This document shows, one piece after another, positions 49,607 through 61,093 of a stretch of 64,000 bases of DNA; the first letter of the stretch is position 1; every line of letters begins with the position of its first letter. The notes under the pieces are model-generated. The model made no database searches. It saw nothing but the letters and a program-made list of their open reading frames with translations, and had not been told where the DNA came from. The DNA is from an uncultured virus (IMG/VR IMGVR_UViG_3300003629_000002) (lineage: Duplodnaviria > Heunggongvirae > Uroviricota > Caudoviricetes), in the IMG/VR virus record IMGVR_UViG_3300003629_000002. One strand, written 5' to 3'. A program made the position numbers and the translations under genes.

Positions 49607-51072
49607 ATATGTCTCAGGGTACATATAACTGGGTGCTAAATGTAGTATTCGACCTACTGCTTCCATTTTTGCTCTGTCTATTCGTCGCGGCGCTGTTACT
49701 CTAACCGAAAGCCTTAAGTTAATTCCGACCGTACTTATTTATGTAAATTCAGGGTATAAAAATGAACAAATACGAGTTGGGCTTCAACTATTTGCTTATT
49801 ACAGCAATGGTTGTCGCAAGTATACAAATAGCATCAATCGTTTCCGCGCCAGTCTTCATAACTGTGGCACTCGTTGCTGGATTTATTTCAGCAACCCTTG
49901 TCACGTATGGCTTTCTGGATTCATAGAATCGAAACATTTAAGTAGTAGCACGTACAATGTGATGCTGTAGCAATGACTTATACAAGCAATGATATTGAAA
50001 ACATCCTCAAGGATACCGGCGAGGTAATGGTCGTTCTTGAATCTGATAGAGAATACGAGTTGCATATCCACGATACAGAGTTTGACGACTCTGGTGAAAT
50101 TGTAACCGAAGGTATGCTGGACGGAGAATATGTCATTGCACGATTCCCGGCAGAACAAGTTGAACACGTCTGGTGGCACAGGGAATCGTAGCGGGCTGAT
50201 GCTTGACCTTTGGGACCACGGTCCTCTCTTGATGGTTATTGCTGGACAGTTCGTTGAAGTCGCTGATTTTTCAATGAGCATCGAGCAAGACTCACAAGCG
50301 GTAGTTCAGAGTTCTTCGTTTGTCGAAGATACTGGTCAACAAGTTACAGCCAGAAGGATTTCTGTGTCGATAGAAACGCGCTCTCAATTTACTCACAGTC
50401 ATAAAGTGAACGCAGGGACAATACGATTATACAGTAGAAAACACGAAATGTTATTCGAGGACGCCATTATCTCTCAATGGGAAACCGATGGTGACTCGAT
50501 GTGTATTGAATTTGTCGCAACTGACTACGAGGCGGCTGGAAACTGGTACGAGCGGTTCGCGGAATAAACAGCCATAATCGAAACCTTTTTATACCTGCAA
50601 CGAGTAGCATACAATAGTGACAACTATGGACTCATTCGAAGTAACGGCAAAATCAGCCGACGTTCTCGACCCGAGCGAGTTAATTGCTGAAATGCAAGAA
50701 CTCTGCGATACTGTCAAGAATTTCCCGCTCGTGTGGAACGGATATACGTATAAGTTTGAGGATATTCACGGTGGCTATGTCGCAAGTGAAGGCTATCATC
50801 TCGTCAAACTATCATGCGGCAATATGACGAAAGGGAGCATCGACAATCTCGCTGATGGACAGTACGAGGTTCATCTTCAGGATTCAGTCTACAATCTTGA
50901 AGTGAAAGACTACTACGAGTTTCAGGATGGCCGTGTGTATACGCTTGCACTCAAGGTGACTGGCTACGAGGCGTATCCGTACTCATTCGCTGAGGAGATG
51001 CGTGAAAATATTGATGGACGCTGGACGGAACACGATTATGAGTAGTTTTGCTTCGCAAAAGGAGAGACAGCG

Positions 51073-51645
51073 ATGAGTCGGCAAAAAGCAGGCTTGCGTA
51101 AGGAGCATCAGTTAGCGTCAGAAATATACGACCTTACAGGAGGCTCTGTAATTCCGCTCAGGCCCGGTTGGTCAGGCAACCAAAGCGTGCCCTCACCCGA
51201 CCTACTAATCCCGTTAGACGGCTCGCTGAGGGCTGTAGAATTGAAGACAAGCAGTCAGAAGCGACTCGTCGTAAGTCAGGACGACGTTGCCGATATTGTC
51301 AACTGGGCGATGGAGATGAACGAAATCCCGACCTACCCATATTTGAGTATCAAGTTCACACGATATGAGACGAGAACGATGCGCCTCAAAAAGCCGTGGG
51401 ACATAGAGCAATCGTTTGAAATTATCGCGGAAGAATGTGACTTTGACAGCCGAGTTACGCGCTCTGGAAATATTTCATTCGGGCATCCGACCCACTACGA
51501 CTGCTCCGTTGAGTCAGCCGTGAAGTCCTCGGGAGATGGCGCGGCGGTAATGCGTGACCTCTACGATGATAATCCCGAGAGTAAGAAAGACAAAATCGGC
51601 GTCGATACGATTCTTCGAGAGCATCCAGACTACTGGAAATTTTAA
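51073..51645 (+). CDS. hjc: Holliday junction resolvase (Hjc-like)
   Basis: G.RKE, R..WSG, PDLL, AVELKT. Confidence 0.8.
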   Translation: MSRQKAGLRKEHQLASEIYDLTGGSVIPLRPGWSGNQSVPSPDLLIPLDGSLRAVELKTSSQKRLVVSQDDVADIVNWAMEMNEIPTYPYLSIKFTRYETRTMRLKKPWDIEQSFEIIAEECDFDSRVTRSGNISFGHPTHYDCSVESAVKSSGDGAAVMRDLYDDNPESKKDKIGVDTILREHPDYWKF

Positions 51646-51929
51646 CGCTCGTATAAAAAGTCTTCATCGCCCGAGGACCAGTCATAGACGTGCCTATGTC
51701 CACCGGGGAGAATTACTCTGCCGCTGTTTGAATATCTCGGCGTTGCTGGCGATAGTTCCGCAACGTCTCTCGTTTCAATGTCTGACGCTGACGTTACCAC
51801 TATTCCTGTTTCATCGCAAACAAGTTCGTGAGAATTAGCCCATAGTGTTCCGTCATCGTCAAAGGGTGAGTCTCGTTCTGTTCGTTCAAATCCTTCGTCA
51901 CGAAGGTCAGATGCGAGTACGCCCATAAT

Positions 51930-52673
51930 TTATCCGTCGTCAATACCGTCTTCTGCAATTTGTCTAAATTCGTCCTCTACGTCGCCCATAGATTGCCGAA
52001 GGGAGACAAACTCTCCCCAAATTTCGTTTCTGTTCTTGCTCCAATCAGAATCGTGTGAAATCTGCCACGATTCGCTGTCGGGATGAATACGAATTACTTC
52101 GAGAACATCAATATCAAGCGAGAGTGCATTGTCGTATGCAATCAATTGCATCTGATGCTTGTCGTATACTCGCTTCGATGTCTTCAGGTCAGAAAGAACG
52201 AGGTTGCCATCATCATCAATATATAGCAAGTCAAACTGTCCTGCGTAGCCGATTCCCGTGTTTGTGACGAAGCATTCTACGTCGAGAACATTATCATCAG
52301 CGATGCCTCGAATTTCCTTAATCTCACGCCACGCTTCTTCAGCGAAGGTGAGTTCATCCCTATATCGTTCCCAATTTCCGTCGAGTTTTAGTTGCTCTGT
52401 GCTATCCTCCTCATTTCGACCAAACATATCCTCGGGAGCAAATTCATTGAGTAGATTGTAGTGAATCATTGTACCCCGATTGGCTTTGTAACTCAAAATA
52501 TCCTCCCAATGCTCATTGCCATTTGTACCATCATATTTCTGTTTCCAATACTTGAGTCCCTTCGGTTCAGGTTTTTGGTCGATAACCGTTGTGACTGACG
52601 GGAGAAACAAAGACTCCATATCAGTATAGACGCGGCCCGCCTCGGTAGTTCGCCGCTGTAGATTATCAGACAT
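51930..52673 (-). CDS. PD-(D/E)XK exonuclease (Cas4/RecB-like)
   Basis: LPSVTTV, RGTMIH, YAGQFD, DLKTS, QL.AY. Confidence 0.88.
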   Translation of the reverse strand: MSDNLQRRTTEAGRVYTDMESLFLPSVTTVIDQKPEPKGLKYWKQKYDGTNGNEHWEDILSYKANRGTMIHYNLLNEFAPEDMFGRNEEDSTEQLKLDGNWERYRDELTFAEEAWREIKEIRGIADDNVLDVECFVTNTGIGYAGQFDLLYIDDDGNLVLSDLKTSKRVYDKHQMQLIAYDNALSLDIDVLEVIRIHPDSESWQISHDSDWSKNRNEIWGEFVSLRQSMGDVEDEFRQIAEDGIDDG

Positions 52674-52791
52674 AGTAGTTTACGTTGAGAGATTGGTTCT
52701 CCTACTACTTAAGTGTTTCGATTACTTATAAATACTGAGTCTCATAATCGAAAGGTTTAAGTAGTAGTGGTTCTTATAAAAAGACGTAACT

Positions 52792-53406
52792 ATGGAACTT
52801 AACGATATTTCTGGTGTTGGGCCATCCCGAGCGGATGACCTCGAAGAACTCGGTTATGACTCGGTTGAAGCAGTAGCCGAGGCTGACCCTGATTCGCTTA
52901 CTGAACTCTCTCGCGTTGGAGAAGACAAGGCGCTTGAAATGGTAGTCGATGCACAGAACCTCCTTGATGAATCATCTGATGGTGATGAGGAGCCTGAAGA
53001 CTCTATTACGTTTGACGAAGATGAACTTGAAGAAGACGAGCCAGAGGTTGAGGAAGTCGAAGCAGAAGACGCTGAACCAGAGGAGCCTGAGCAGAGCCGT
53101 GGCCCGTATGAAATCTCGTTCGACCTAACGGATAGACAGCGGGAAATTCTTATTACTGCATTGCTCGATTCGCATACTGACCTGCGAAGCAACCATCACG
53201 CTCGCTCCAATGCGTGCGACGATACGCTTGTCAAATTCCGCGATGGGGATACGGTTTCTCTCACAGAAGACGAACTAAACGCACTCCACGCGGCTATCCG
53301 ACAACGCCGACTCGATTATCAGGGCAACAATCACATTGACCTGATGCAAGCGACGATGCCTATCGAGAATCAAATTGCAGACGCTCGTCAAGAGCATCTG
53401 TTCTAA
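52792..53406 (+). CDS. Helix-hairpin-helix domain protein
   Basis: ISGVGPSRA, LSRVGEDKA. Confidence 0.8.
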   Translation: MELNDISGVGPSRADDLEELGYDSVEAVAEADPDSLTELSRVGEDKALEMVVDAQNLLDESSDGDEEPEDSITFDEDELEEDEPEVEEVEAEDAEPEEPEQSRGPYEISFDLTDRQREILITALLDSHTDLRSNHHARSNACDDTLVKFRDGDTVSLTEDELNALHAAIRQRRLDYQGNNHIDLMQATMPIENQIADARQEHLF

Positions 53407-53436
53407 TCTAACAATTTTATAAAAGAAAAAAATCGG

Positions 53437-53826
53437 TTAGTCGTCTTGCTGTTCTCGCTCTAACTCCTCCTGCTTTTTGTTTATTTCGGAAATTTTCTGT
53501 CTAATCTCATCAAGTCTACCATTCAAATTTCGTACTTGGATGAGAACACCTTCGTTTAGTGCGTCTCTGTCGCTCCCGAATACAGAATTTTCCACATCAT
53601 CTTGTGCGTCTTCAAGTTCGTTGAGTCGCTTGTGTAACCAGATGATTACTGCGACCAACGCTCCGACGAGGGGTGCAATGATATTTGAAAGAAGTCCGAG
53701 TGCTTCCCAAATTGTTACTCCCGCGAGCGGAACTATTGCGAACATATGAAATGGAAGGAATCCTGAAATCAGGGCGACAATTCCGGCAAGTCCTATCATT
53801 AACCCAAATATAATATGGTTCATCAC
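53437..53826 (-). CDS. Membrane protein with coiled coil (possible lysis)
   Basis: Hydrophobic N-terminal half; located after tail genes. Confidence 0.55.
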   Translation of the reverse strand: MMNHIIFGLMIGLAGIVALISGFLPFHMFAIVPLAGVTIWEALGLLSNIIAPLVGALVAVIIWLHKRLNELEDAQDDVENSVFGSDRDALNEGVLIQVRNLNGRLDEIRQKISEINKKQEELEREQQDD

Positions 53827-53993
53827 TATTCATCAAATTCGTGAATCCTATCAGGTTCGTAGTATGTGGACTCACGAATAACCCACGCGGCTTTGCTCGG
53901 GCTTCTGAAATCAACGCAGGGTTCCTGATATGGATGGTCCAGCGTTTGATATTTTTCGGGATTTGTAACGACGGCGATTGGAAATACCGTCAT

Positions 53994-54233
53994 TCATTCT
54001 TGGCTCTTTTTGAATACCTGATATACGTCTTTCCCGAACACTTGAATCGCCGCCATAATTACAAGCGGAACAATAATTGCAATAAACCACGCCTGCGGAA
54101 TTGGTCCGAGCGTGGCTACGCCGAGTGCTACTGCACCGAGCAGTAGCATTGTCCCGATAATTACAAGTGACGCAATTATCGAGCCAAGATATTCAAGATT
54201 GTTCTCTGTCTCTTGTGTTGTATCATCACTCAT
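53994..54233 (-). CDS. Two-TM holin-like membrane protein
   Basis: Two hydrophobic segments and a basic C-terminus. Confidence 0.5.
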   Translation of the reverse strand: MSDDTTQETENNLEYLGSIIASLVIIGTMLLLGAVALGVATLGPIPQAWFIAIIVPLVIMAAIQVFGKDVYQVFKKSQE

Positions 54234-54751
54234 TGTCTTAATTTACTGTCGTATTTGATTCCAGCCTCGTCTAACTTGGCCTGCATCATATTCACTCCGC
54301 GACTTACATCAGCATCGAGGCCCTTGTAATGTCGTAGAGGATACCTATCCCACCGATATTCCCAATGCCCATAGATGAACGTTTCACCAGTCTGTGCATC
54401 AGGAACGACAATTCCGTCATAGAGGATAACGTGAAGTTGAAAATCATCATTCAGATTGCTTTCCGAAGATGGAATCCAACGAAACGAGCCTTCTTCTTGC
54501 TCGCGTGTACCCACGAGGCGTTTGATTGAGGCAAGTGGATTTCGCTGGAAGTTCATCTCCTGCAATATTTCCTCAAAGTCTTCTTCACTCATCGAGACAC
54601 GACCGACGAACTGGGCATCAGTCGTGACTCCTCTAACATAGAGTTTAGACCCTGTTGACTCGTTATACGTCGCAACGAGTATTCCAAGATACGGGATAAA
54701 CAAACCGCGAAGCCGTTCGAGGAAATCATTGGTTGGTCGTAGCAGTCCCAT
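54230..54751 (-). CDS. Hypothetical protein
   Basis: 173-aa ORF with GAGGT SD and its own TATA box. Confidence 0.6.
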   Translation of the reverse strand: MGLLRPTNDFLERLRGLFIPYLGILVATYNESTGSKLYVRGVTTDAQFVGRVSMSEEDFEEILQEMNFQRNPLASIKRLVGTREQEEGSFRWIPSSESNLNDDFQLHVILYDGIVVPDAQTGETFIYGHWEYRWDRYPLRHYKGLDADVSRGVNMMQAKLDEAGIKYDSKLRQ

Positions 54752-54852
54752 AGTGTAACCTCACGTAAGACTTAGCGGGGGAGATACTTAAGTCTTTCGA
54801 TTTGAGTTATCACTACTTGTAATTGAATTTACAAAAGGAAAAGAGAAGACGT

Positions 54853-55209
54853 TTACTGCGTCGATGCCGAGCCGAGGTTCTCGCCGCTGGTCACATCCCA
54901 AAGATGTGCAACGATTACCTCAAGCGCCTCGGTCTGCTTCTGCAATGCGGCAATCTGCTCTGCTTCAGTCGATGCATTCGAGTATTCATCAACAGCATTC
55001 TGGTAGTCTGTGAATGACTGAGCGACAACGCTGTGAGTACCAGAACTAACTAATGCTCTGTCTACAGCAGTTTCACCTTCTTCAGAGATTGTCTTCTGTG
55101 AAACTTTTGGTTCTTTTCTGTCAGAGTCTTCGACTACTTTATCAATTGCCGAGTCAACTGGTCCGCCATAATTTTCGGGTACGTGTAAAATGTTAATTAC
55201 TTTAGTCAT
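54853..55209 (-). CDS. Possible tail fibre assembly protein
   Basis: Position directly after the Gly-rich fibre/adhesin gene. Confidence 0.4.
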   Translation of the reverse strand: MTKVINILHVPENYGGPVDSAIDKVVEDSDRKEPKVSQKTISEEGETAVDRALVSSGTHSVVAQSFTDYQNAVDEYSNASTEAEQIAALQKQTEALEVIVAHLWDVTSGENLGSASTQ

Positions 55210-56300
55210 ACGTCAATAGCACTTGTTCCAAGTTGTAGTGAGAATCCGTCACTTCCGGCATTACCGTCATCTCCCGGCTCGTTTGTATTCGCGTCACTTT
55301 TCCCTCCACCGATACCGAATGTTCCGCCAGAAACATTGAACTGCGGCGTCTGGTCAGCGAATAAGACAATGACTCCACCAGAACCACCGCCCCCGCCGCC
55401 ACCACCGCCGCTTAGGATGCCTGTGCCACGGTTGTCGTTGCCAGCGGTTCCATCTCCACCATCACCGCCACGGACGGATAGCGTGATGTTAGTCCCGATT
55501 ACACCAGCGAAGATAACCATCTCACCGCCAGCACCACCGCCACCACCAGCAGTCCCACCGTCATTCTGATTAGTGTCGTTGCTTCCATCTTGACCATCTC
55601 CACCGTTGCCGCCAGCACCCCCCGGTGCGCCAAAGGAGCCGCCAGCACCCCCACCGCCACCTCCTCCAGATTGTCCATTTGAGAAATCGCCATAATTTCC
55701 AGCCGACCCGCCTCCACCACCAGCAGATTCAATCTGGCGGGAGGCGATTCCAGTCACATATCCGTTTGGAATAATGTATTCTTCGAGATATGTTGTGAAT
55801 GAGTCTTGAACAAAGAGTCCATCACCGGGGCTTCCACCAGCGCCACCGTTTAATTTTTCATTACCACCATCACCACCACCAGAGCCATTAGTTCCTTCAA
55901 GAAATGTGGAATCTGTTGAAGGAACATTCCAAACTAATCCTGCACTACCAGCACCGTAACCAAAATCAGTGAATGTAGCGTCTCCCCCGTCTTGACCATC
56001 TGCACGGATTGTGCCAGAGCCAGTAATTTCTCTCGCAATTACGTTAAGTTTTCCACCAGCGTCACCGCCAACACCCGCATCACCGTCACCGCCATCACCG
56101 CCTGAGCCTGCCCGTGGCTCGGGTTCAATAACTCCTTCAACTGTCATTGTTCCATCTACAAGAATCGTACACTTGTTTGGAACTGTAAGGGTTACGCCTG
56201 AGTTAACCGTTAGATTACCATACTGCAAGATTTTTGCACTTTCTGTTGTATTTGATGTATACGCTACGTCTCCTAACTGTCCACTACCATAAAATACCAT
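55206..56300 (-). CDS. Glycine-rich tail fibre adhesin
   Basis: YGSGQLGD, polyglycine GGxGG motifs; position in tail module. Confidence 0.8.
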   Translation of the reverse strand: MVFYGSGQLGDVAYTSNTTESAKILQYGNLTVNSGVTLTVPNKCTILVDGTMTVEGVIEPEPRAGSGGDGGDGDAGVGGDAGGKLNVIAREITGSGTIRADGQDGGDATFTDFGYGAGSAGLVWNVPSTDSTFLEGTNGSGGGDGGNEKLNGGAGGSPGDGLFVQDSFTTYLEEYIIPNGYVTGIASRQIESAGGGGGSAGNYGDFSNGQSGGGGGGGAGGSFGAPGGAGGNGGDGQDGSNDTNQNDGGTAGGGGGAGGEMVIFAGVIGTNITLSVRGGDGGDGTAGNDNRGTGILSGGGGGGGGGSGGVIVLFADQTPQFNVSGGTFGIGGGKSDANTNEPGDDGNAGSDGFSLQLGTSAIDV

Positions 56301-56303
56301 ATA

Positions 56304-57884
56304 TTATAGCCTCGTATTAATTTCGTTGTTAATGTAAAGTCCTCGTTTCTGCTGAAACTGTGCTTCTTCAGTTGGTCCAGTATCGCCGGGACTTTTCGTA
56401 AATCGACGATACCATGTGTCAAGTGTTGGATTATTACTTGTGCTATTTCGAGACATACTGACACGAACTTGAAAATTCGTGCTTGTGGAGATAGAACTAA
56501 TATCTCCCTTCTGTGCAATGTCCGAAATTAGTACCGTATTGGTTCCATCCTCAACGTCGAGAGTTATCGTCTCGTTGTCTGGACTCTCGGTATAATCAAA
56601 GATGTCCCAATTCGTAATACGGTCATCTACTGATTCAATCACAAGAATAATCTCACCAGACTCTCTTGCGCCTTCAAGTATGTTATCTAAGTATATAAAC
56701 CTTTCGGTTCCTTGATTACTTGCGTTGTTTCTAAACTTGAGCCGCGTTGTTGCTGAAAGGGAGTTCGTGAAGGAAAGTGCATTTCCTTCGAGGTTCCCAT
56801 CAATGTATACGTCTACTTCTCCGGCTACATAATCAGGGTCGAACTCAACGTCATACGTTTGCCCAGTATTCCACGATGATAGTAACTGCGTCGTGCCGCC
56901 GCCAACATCGTAGAACTCAACGTTTCCAGAACCGTCATTAAATCGGATTCCAAATGAATAATCTGTATCATCACCGACCTCTACTTCTGTAAAGTCGTTA
57001 ATGTTTGCTGTATCAGAACCAATCTGAACAGAAAATTCAATGTCTTGCTCGATTGCGGTAAGACGAGAGAGTGTTCGGACCTCATCAACGCCATTAGAAC
57101 GGAACTCCGCAGAGTATGAACCGTATAGAACTGTGCTGTTCTGTCGGGTTAGTTCAGTTGTAGAACTCCACGACCACGCTGAAAGATTCGGATTAATTGA
57201 TGTTTCGAAGTTAGCAATCGTTTGTTCTCCAATTAGTTGAAGGCTACCGCTTGCGTTAACCTCAATTCGGGGAGAAGCAGTCGGTGAAACTAATCGAAGT
57301 AGGCTACTGTTAAAGTTACCATCCTGATAACCAACAGCCGGAACTGTCGAGAACTCACTACCATCGTCAAAGTAGACAAGTCCGTTAGAATCCTTGTACC
57401 AGAGTGTTCCGGTTCTATCGTGAGATGGTGTTGCTGACTGAACCAACCGCTCCATCGGATGCGTTCGATTTAGGTCACTTGATACATTATTATTAGTATC
57501 AATCTCGCCAATTTTGAACGCATCATCAGTTGGCGGAGTGTCCGTAGTATTTACTGCGAACGCTGGACTGTCGTTTGTCCCGGCGTTACCTTCAACAAAT
57601 ACGTAATTAATCGTATTATCTGTTAGTGACAATCCAGTTACGGCATCTGTCTCAATGACATAGCCAAGAATTGTCCGAGTTTCTCCTGTATTCGCCGTTA
57701 CACCATCAGGGAGAGAAACATATGCCTTTCCTGAACTAATATCGAACGTAAGCGCATTGTAGTCGATATTCTGGAAGTTCATCCCCGTCTCGACATAATC
57801 GAGTAGCGGGGTCTGCCCCATCAGATTAGCAAAGTTCTCACCGTCACTAAAGTCGCCTGTTTGTGGAAATGTATGATTTACCAT
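56304..57884 (-). CDS. Tail fibre protein
   Basis: Ser/Thr-rich beta-type sequence; follows baseplate genes. Confidence 0.7.
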   Translation of the reverse strand: MVNHTFPQTGDFSDGENFANLMGQTPLLDYVETGMNFQNIDYNALTFDISSGKAYVSLPDGVTANTGETRTILGYVIETDAVTGLSLTDNTINYVFVEGNAGTNDSPAFAVNTTDTPPTDDAFKIGEIDTNNNVSSDLNRTHPMERLVQSATPSHDRTGTLWYKDSNGLVYFDDGSEFSTVPAVGYQDGNFNSSLLRLVSPTASPRIEVNASGSLQLIGEQTIANFETSINPNLSAWSWSSTTELTRQNSTVLYGSYSAEFRSNGVDEVRTLSRLTAIEQDIEFSVQIGSDTANINDFTEVEVGDDTDYSFGIRFNDGSGNVEFYDVGGGTTQLLSSWNTGQTYDVEFDPDYVAGEVDVYIDGNLEGNALSFTNSLSATTRLKFRNNASNQGTERFIYLDNILEGARESGEIILVIESVDDRITNWDIFDYTESPDNETITLDVEDGTNTVLISDIAQKGDISSISTSTNFQVRVSMSRNSTSNNPTLDTWYRRFTKSPGDTGPTEEAQFQQKRGLYINNEINTRL

Positions 57885-57888
57885 ATAT

Positions 57889-58269
57889 TTATCTTGTTGG
57901 TGTGAATGTCATTTGGAATGAACGCTTTTCACCTGCGCCGACTGTAATTTCGCTATCATATTCGTCAATTACAATCAAAGTCCCGTCTGTTGCAAAGAGT
58001 GCAATTTCAGTAATGCCAATATTTCCGGGGACTTCGAGTCCACCTGTGACAATAACTTCAATGTTGAATTGTCCAGTCGCATTACTTTCGCTTCTATTGA
58101 CATTAGAATCACTTACCTCTCCACGATACTCCTCGTTCGCCAATGAACTTGCATTAGTTCCTTCGCTCCCGCTTCCAGTTCCAATGGCAATTTGCTCAAT
58201 TTCACCGGAACGCTTTCCGATGGTCTTATCGCCAATCCATTCAAGTCCGTCGTCTGTTGTTGTTGGCAT
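57889..58269 (-). CDS. Baseplate/tail fibre attachment protein
   Basis: IAIGTG...L.NE, ITEIALF motifs. Confidence 0.65.
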   Translation of the reverse strand: MPTTTDDGLEWIGDKTIGKRSGEIEQIAIGTGSGSEGTNASSLANEEYRGEVSDSNVNRSESNATGQFNIEVIVTGGLEVPGNIGITEIALFATDGTLIVIDEYDSEITVGAGEKRSFQMTFTPTR

Positions 58270-58272
58270 AAA

Positions 58273-58863
58273 TTATGCACCAAGTGTTTGATTACCGAGT
58301 GTAAATGTCCCGAGTCCTGTCGAAATGAGCGCCGTTGAATCGCTCGAACTTGTAATCGCGTAATCTCCTTCTGATGTATAGATTACTCGGTCGAATGTTA
58401 TACCAGATGGGTCGGCTCTGTCAGCAACGCTTACAATTGTCTGTGAATTATGGACAGGCCAATTTGTTAATTCAACTCGGTACGAGAGATTTTGCAAGTC
58501 TTCGCTTATCGTTACCTCTGCATCATCAGTTTCTTCAATGTCAAGCGCGGCTTCAATTGCCTCAATGATTTGTGGCTTTGTCCCGCGAGACTTGAACGAC
58601 CTGACGACAGACTTGAGGAAACTCCTATACTCAGCGTCAGTCCTCCCGTCACGACGCCCGACTACTCCAAACATTGCACCGATTTCGTCAAGTTCGTCGC
58701 CGGTTGCGGTGTCGATGTAGTGGCTTTCCTCAATTTGCTCTATATCAAGACCCGCTTGCTCAACTTCTGTATTAAATGCGTCGATGAAGCGCCGCCAATT
58801 CGAACTTTCTTTGACGGGGTGAATCTCGGGGAACTTGTTCAGCAGGCTCTCAAAGTGAGACAT
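58273..58863 (-). CDS. Baseplate wedge protein (gpI-like)
   Basis: IDTATGDELDEIG..G..R...DAEYR, GT. Confidence 0.75.
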   Translation of the reverse strand: MSHFESLLNKFPEIHPVKESSNWRRFIDAFNTEVEQAGLDIEQIEESHYIDTATGDELDEIGAMFGVVGRRDGRTDAEYRSFLKSVVRSFKSRGTKPQIIEAIEAALDIEETDDAEVTISEDLQNLSYRVELTNWPVHNSQTIVSVADRADPSGITFDRVIYTSEGDYAITSSSDSTALISTGLGTFTLGNQTLGA

Positions 58864-60746
58864 TATTGAACTGTCACCTCAGATTCATTAAGTACGGCAA
58901 TCTCCTCGATTCCAGCCTCAATGTCTTCACGAACTTCGTAGTCCACGAAGAAGTCAGTTGAATCGTCAGGCGTGTATCCAATGAACGCTTGTTCTCCAAG
59001 TGGTTGCGTACTGATACTGCTAAAGGTGGATACTCTTGCTCGTACCCAATAGGTATCAGTACCGTCGATAGTTGTAGAGGTCCAATCATCAGGAACATCC
59101 CAACTTACTCGATTCGTACCAGCGTTTGTAAACGCACCCGTATCGTCAGTCACATTCGAGAGTGCGCTCCACGCAGAGCCATCGTAATACTCCCACGTAA
59201 TTGCATACGTACCAGCACCAGCCGTACTAACATTAAGGTCAAATCGACCGAACTCCGAGGGTGCGCCGAAGTAGTACGCATCACCTTCAGCGGGTGACGA
59301 TGGAAGAAGCGTCATATCGTCTGTCGTACTGTTATTAGCCGCAGTCGTTTCATCTGTAAACGCGCCGCCGTCTTCCGCTTTCGCGCCAGTCAGATTAGGG
59401 TCGAGGCTCCAGTCAATAGAGTCTTGTGGCTCACTTTCGTCAGAAGCAACGCTGTTCCACTCGCGGTAGTCAACGTCCTCGTTGAAGGTCACGCTTGCGC
59501 CGTCGAGTGTCCCGGTAACTTCCGTAATCCCGACGTTATCTTCGTCGTCAGACGCAAGGTTTTTGTCAAAGGAGTATACGTTGGTTCCAGTTGAGAACGT
59601 AAATGTCTCGTTGTTGATTTCGATAATTAGTGTCGAAATATTCTCAATATCGGCGTCAGCATTCATAATTCTCTGAACAATTTGGTCTTTATATACCGAT
59701 TCGTCAAGTTCAATCTGCGCGAAGTAGTCGGCAATTGCTTCCTCGACTGCCGTCACGTCAATACCACTTCCGACGAGTTCAGCAATGACGTTTACTTGGA
59801 TTTCTACTGGTCGAATGAGAATGTGCTGAACGCCAGCAGGTCTGCCATCCTCGATTGCATCCTCGACTCCTGAATCAGTTCCGCCGAATGCGATAACGTG
59901 GACGTGTGGATACGAGCCGTGTTCAGCGTCTCCTGTAACTTTTTCGTCAATAATTACTGAAGACGCGCCTGAATTACTTTCAACGAATCCTTTTACACCG
60001 TCAACTGTTCCGCCATCAACGGATTCAATAATCGCGGCCTTCACGTCCTCGCGCAATTCAGCGTCCGTTTGTTCATCCTCGCCACCGCTTGTCGCAAGGG
60101 GATTCGTAACGCCGCTGATTCCAGTCGGAGGACTCGGCATATAGGTAACTGTATTGTTTCCAACGTTGTAATCAGTACCTCTTTCCTCTGCGCGAATTGC
60201 AACCTGCTTCGTTTCAGCACCAGTAAACTGAACGTCATCCCACGAGTCTTCGTCTATAAGAGAGAAGTCTCCACCAGATTCTCCCATTACGAAAAACTCG
60301 AAGAAGTCGCCGTCAGAGTCAGGTTGTGTCGCAAAGGACGTGCCTGCTTCGAGTGTTGTTGTAGTGGTACTTGTCACGTCAAGGTCGCCCGTTGCATATT
60401 CTCCGGGGTCACGAGAAACTCCGAACGCAACAGCGAACTGCTCTAACTGTTCAGAGTTCTGGTACTCGTTCAACTCGTTGACGGTTGCTCCGTCAATGCC
60501 GAGTTCGTCAAGGTCTTCTGCTGTTAAATCTTTGCCAACATAATTAACCCATCCAGATAGTTGCGCTGATGTTGCGGCAACTTCTTGCTGGTGTTGCTGT
60601 CGAGCAAAGGCATTTGTGAAAATGTAGTTGAAGGAGGTCGGTGCGAAGTTACTCAACTTATCAGCCGCTTGACTGAAGTTAGACTCCAGATTACTCTTAA
60701 TCGCCTGATAAATTTCGCTGTCTGTCCGTGGGTCAATTGCTGTCAT
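58863..60746 (-). CDS. Baseplate J-like protein
   Basis: G..YNVG, VTNP...GGEDEQTDAELR, GT, RPAG. Confidence 0.9.
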   Translation of the reverse strand: MTAIDPRTDSEIYQAIKSNLESNFSQAADKLSNFAPTSFNYIFTNAFARQQHQQEVAATSAQLSGWVNYVGKDLTAEDLDELGIDGATVNELNEYQNSEQLEQFAVAFGVSRDPGEYATGDLDVTSTTTTTLEAGTSFATQPDSDGDFFEFFVMGESGGDFSLIDEDSWDDVQFTGAETKQVAIRAEERGTDYNVGNNTVTYMPSPPTGISGVTNPLATSGGEDEQTDAELREDVKAAIIESVDGGTVDGVKGFVESNSGASSVIIDEKVTGDAEHGSYPHVHVIAFGGTDSGVEDAIEDGRPAGVQHILIRPVEIQVNVIAELVGSGIDVTAVEEAIADYFAQIELDESVYKDQIVQRIMNADADIENISTLIIEINNETFTFSTGTNVYSFDKNLASDDEDNVGITEVTGTLDGASVTFNEDVDYREWNSVASDESEPQDSIDWSLDPNLTGAKAEDGGAFTDETTAANNSTTDDMTLLPSSPAEGDAYYFGAPSEFGRFDLNVSTAGAGTYAITWEYYDGSAWSALSNVTDDTGAFTNAGTNRVSWDVPDDWTSTTIDGTDTYWVRARVSTFSSISTQPLGEQAFIGYTPDDSTDFFVDYEVREDIEAGIEEIAVLNESEVTVQ

Positions 60747-61093
60747 ACTTCCACCGTAAAGATTAAATCAGTTTCAACTTCATCTGCACCGAAGATAATC
60801 GCCCGAAGGCGAACATCAATTGCGTCATTGTTATCTTCATTTGCTGTTACTTCAACCTCTGTGACTCGATTAAGACGTGGGTCACGGCTGAGAACAGTCG
60901 CAAGTGTGTTCTCAATTTGTGAGAAATTAGATGGAATAAGCGGCGTCCCAGTTTCCTCAGTTAAACGTACAGCCGAGATATACGCAAGGTCTTTTTCGAG
61001 TTCATCCTCACCGCGTGATGCCTTAATGTCACCTGTCTCGTCTACAATTAAATCCCAATCGGAGTCGAGGGCTATACCGTTACCGTAAGACAT
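60743..61093 (-). CDS. Baseplate wedge / sheath initiator (gp25-like)
   Basis: DL..GD, L.RDPR; synteny. Confidence 0.7.
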   Translation of the reverse strand: MSYGNGIALDSDWDLIVDETGDIKASRGEDELEKDLAYISAVRLTEETGTPLIPSNFSQIENTLATVLSRDPRLNRVTEVEVTANEDNNDAIDVRLRAIIFGADEVETDLIFTVEV

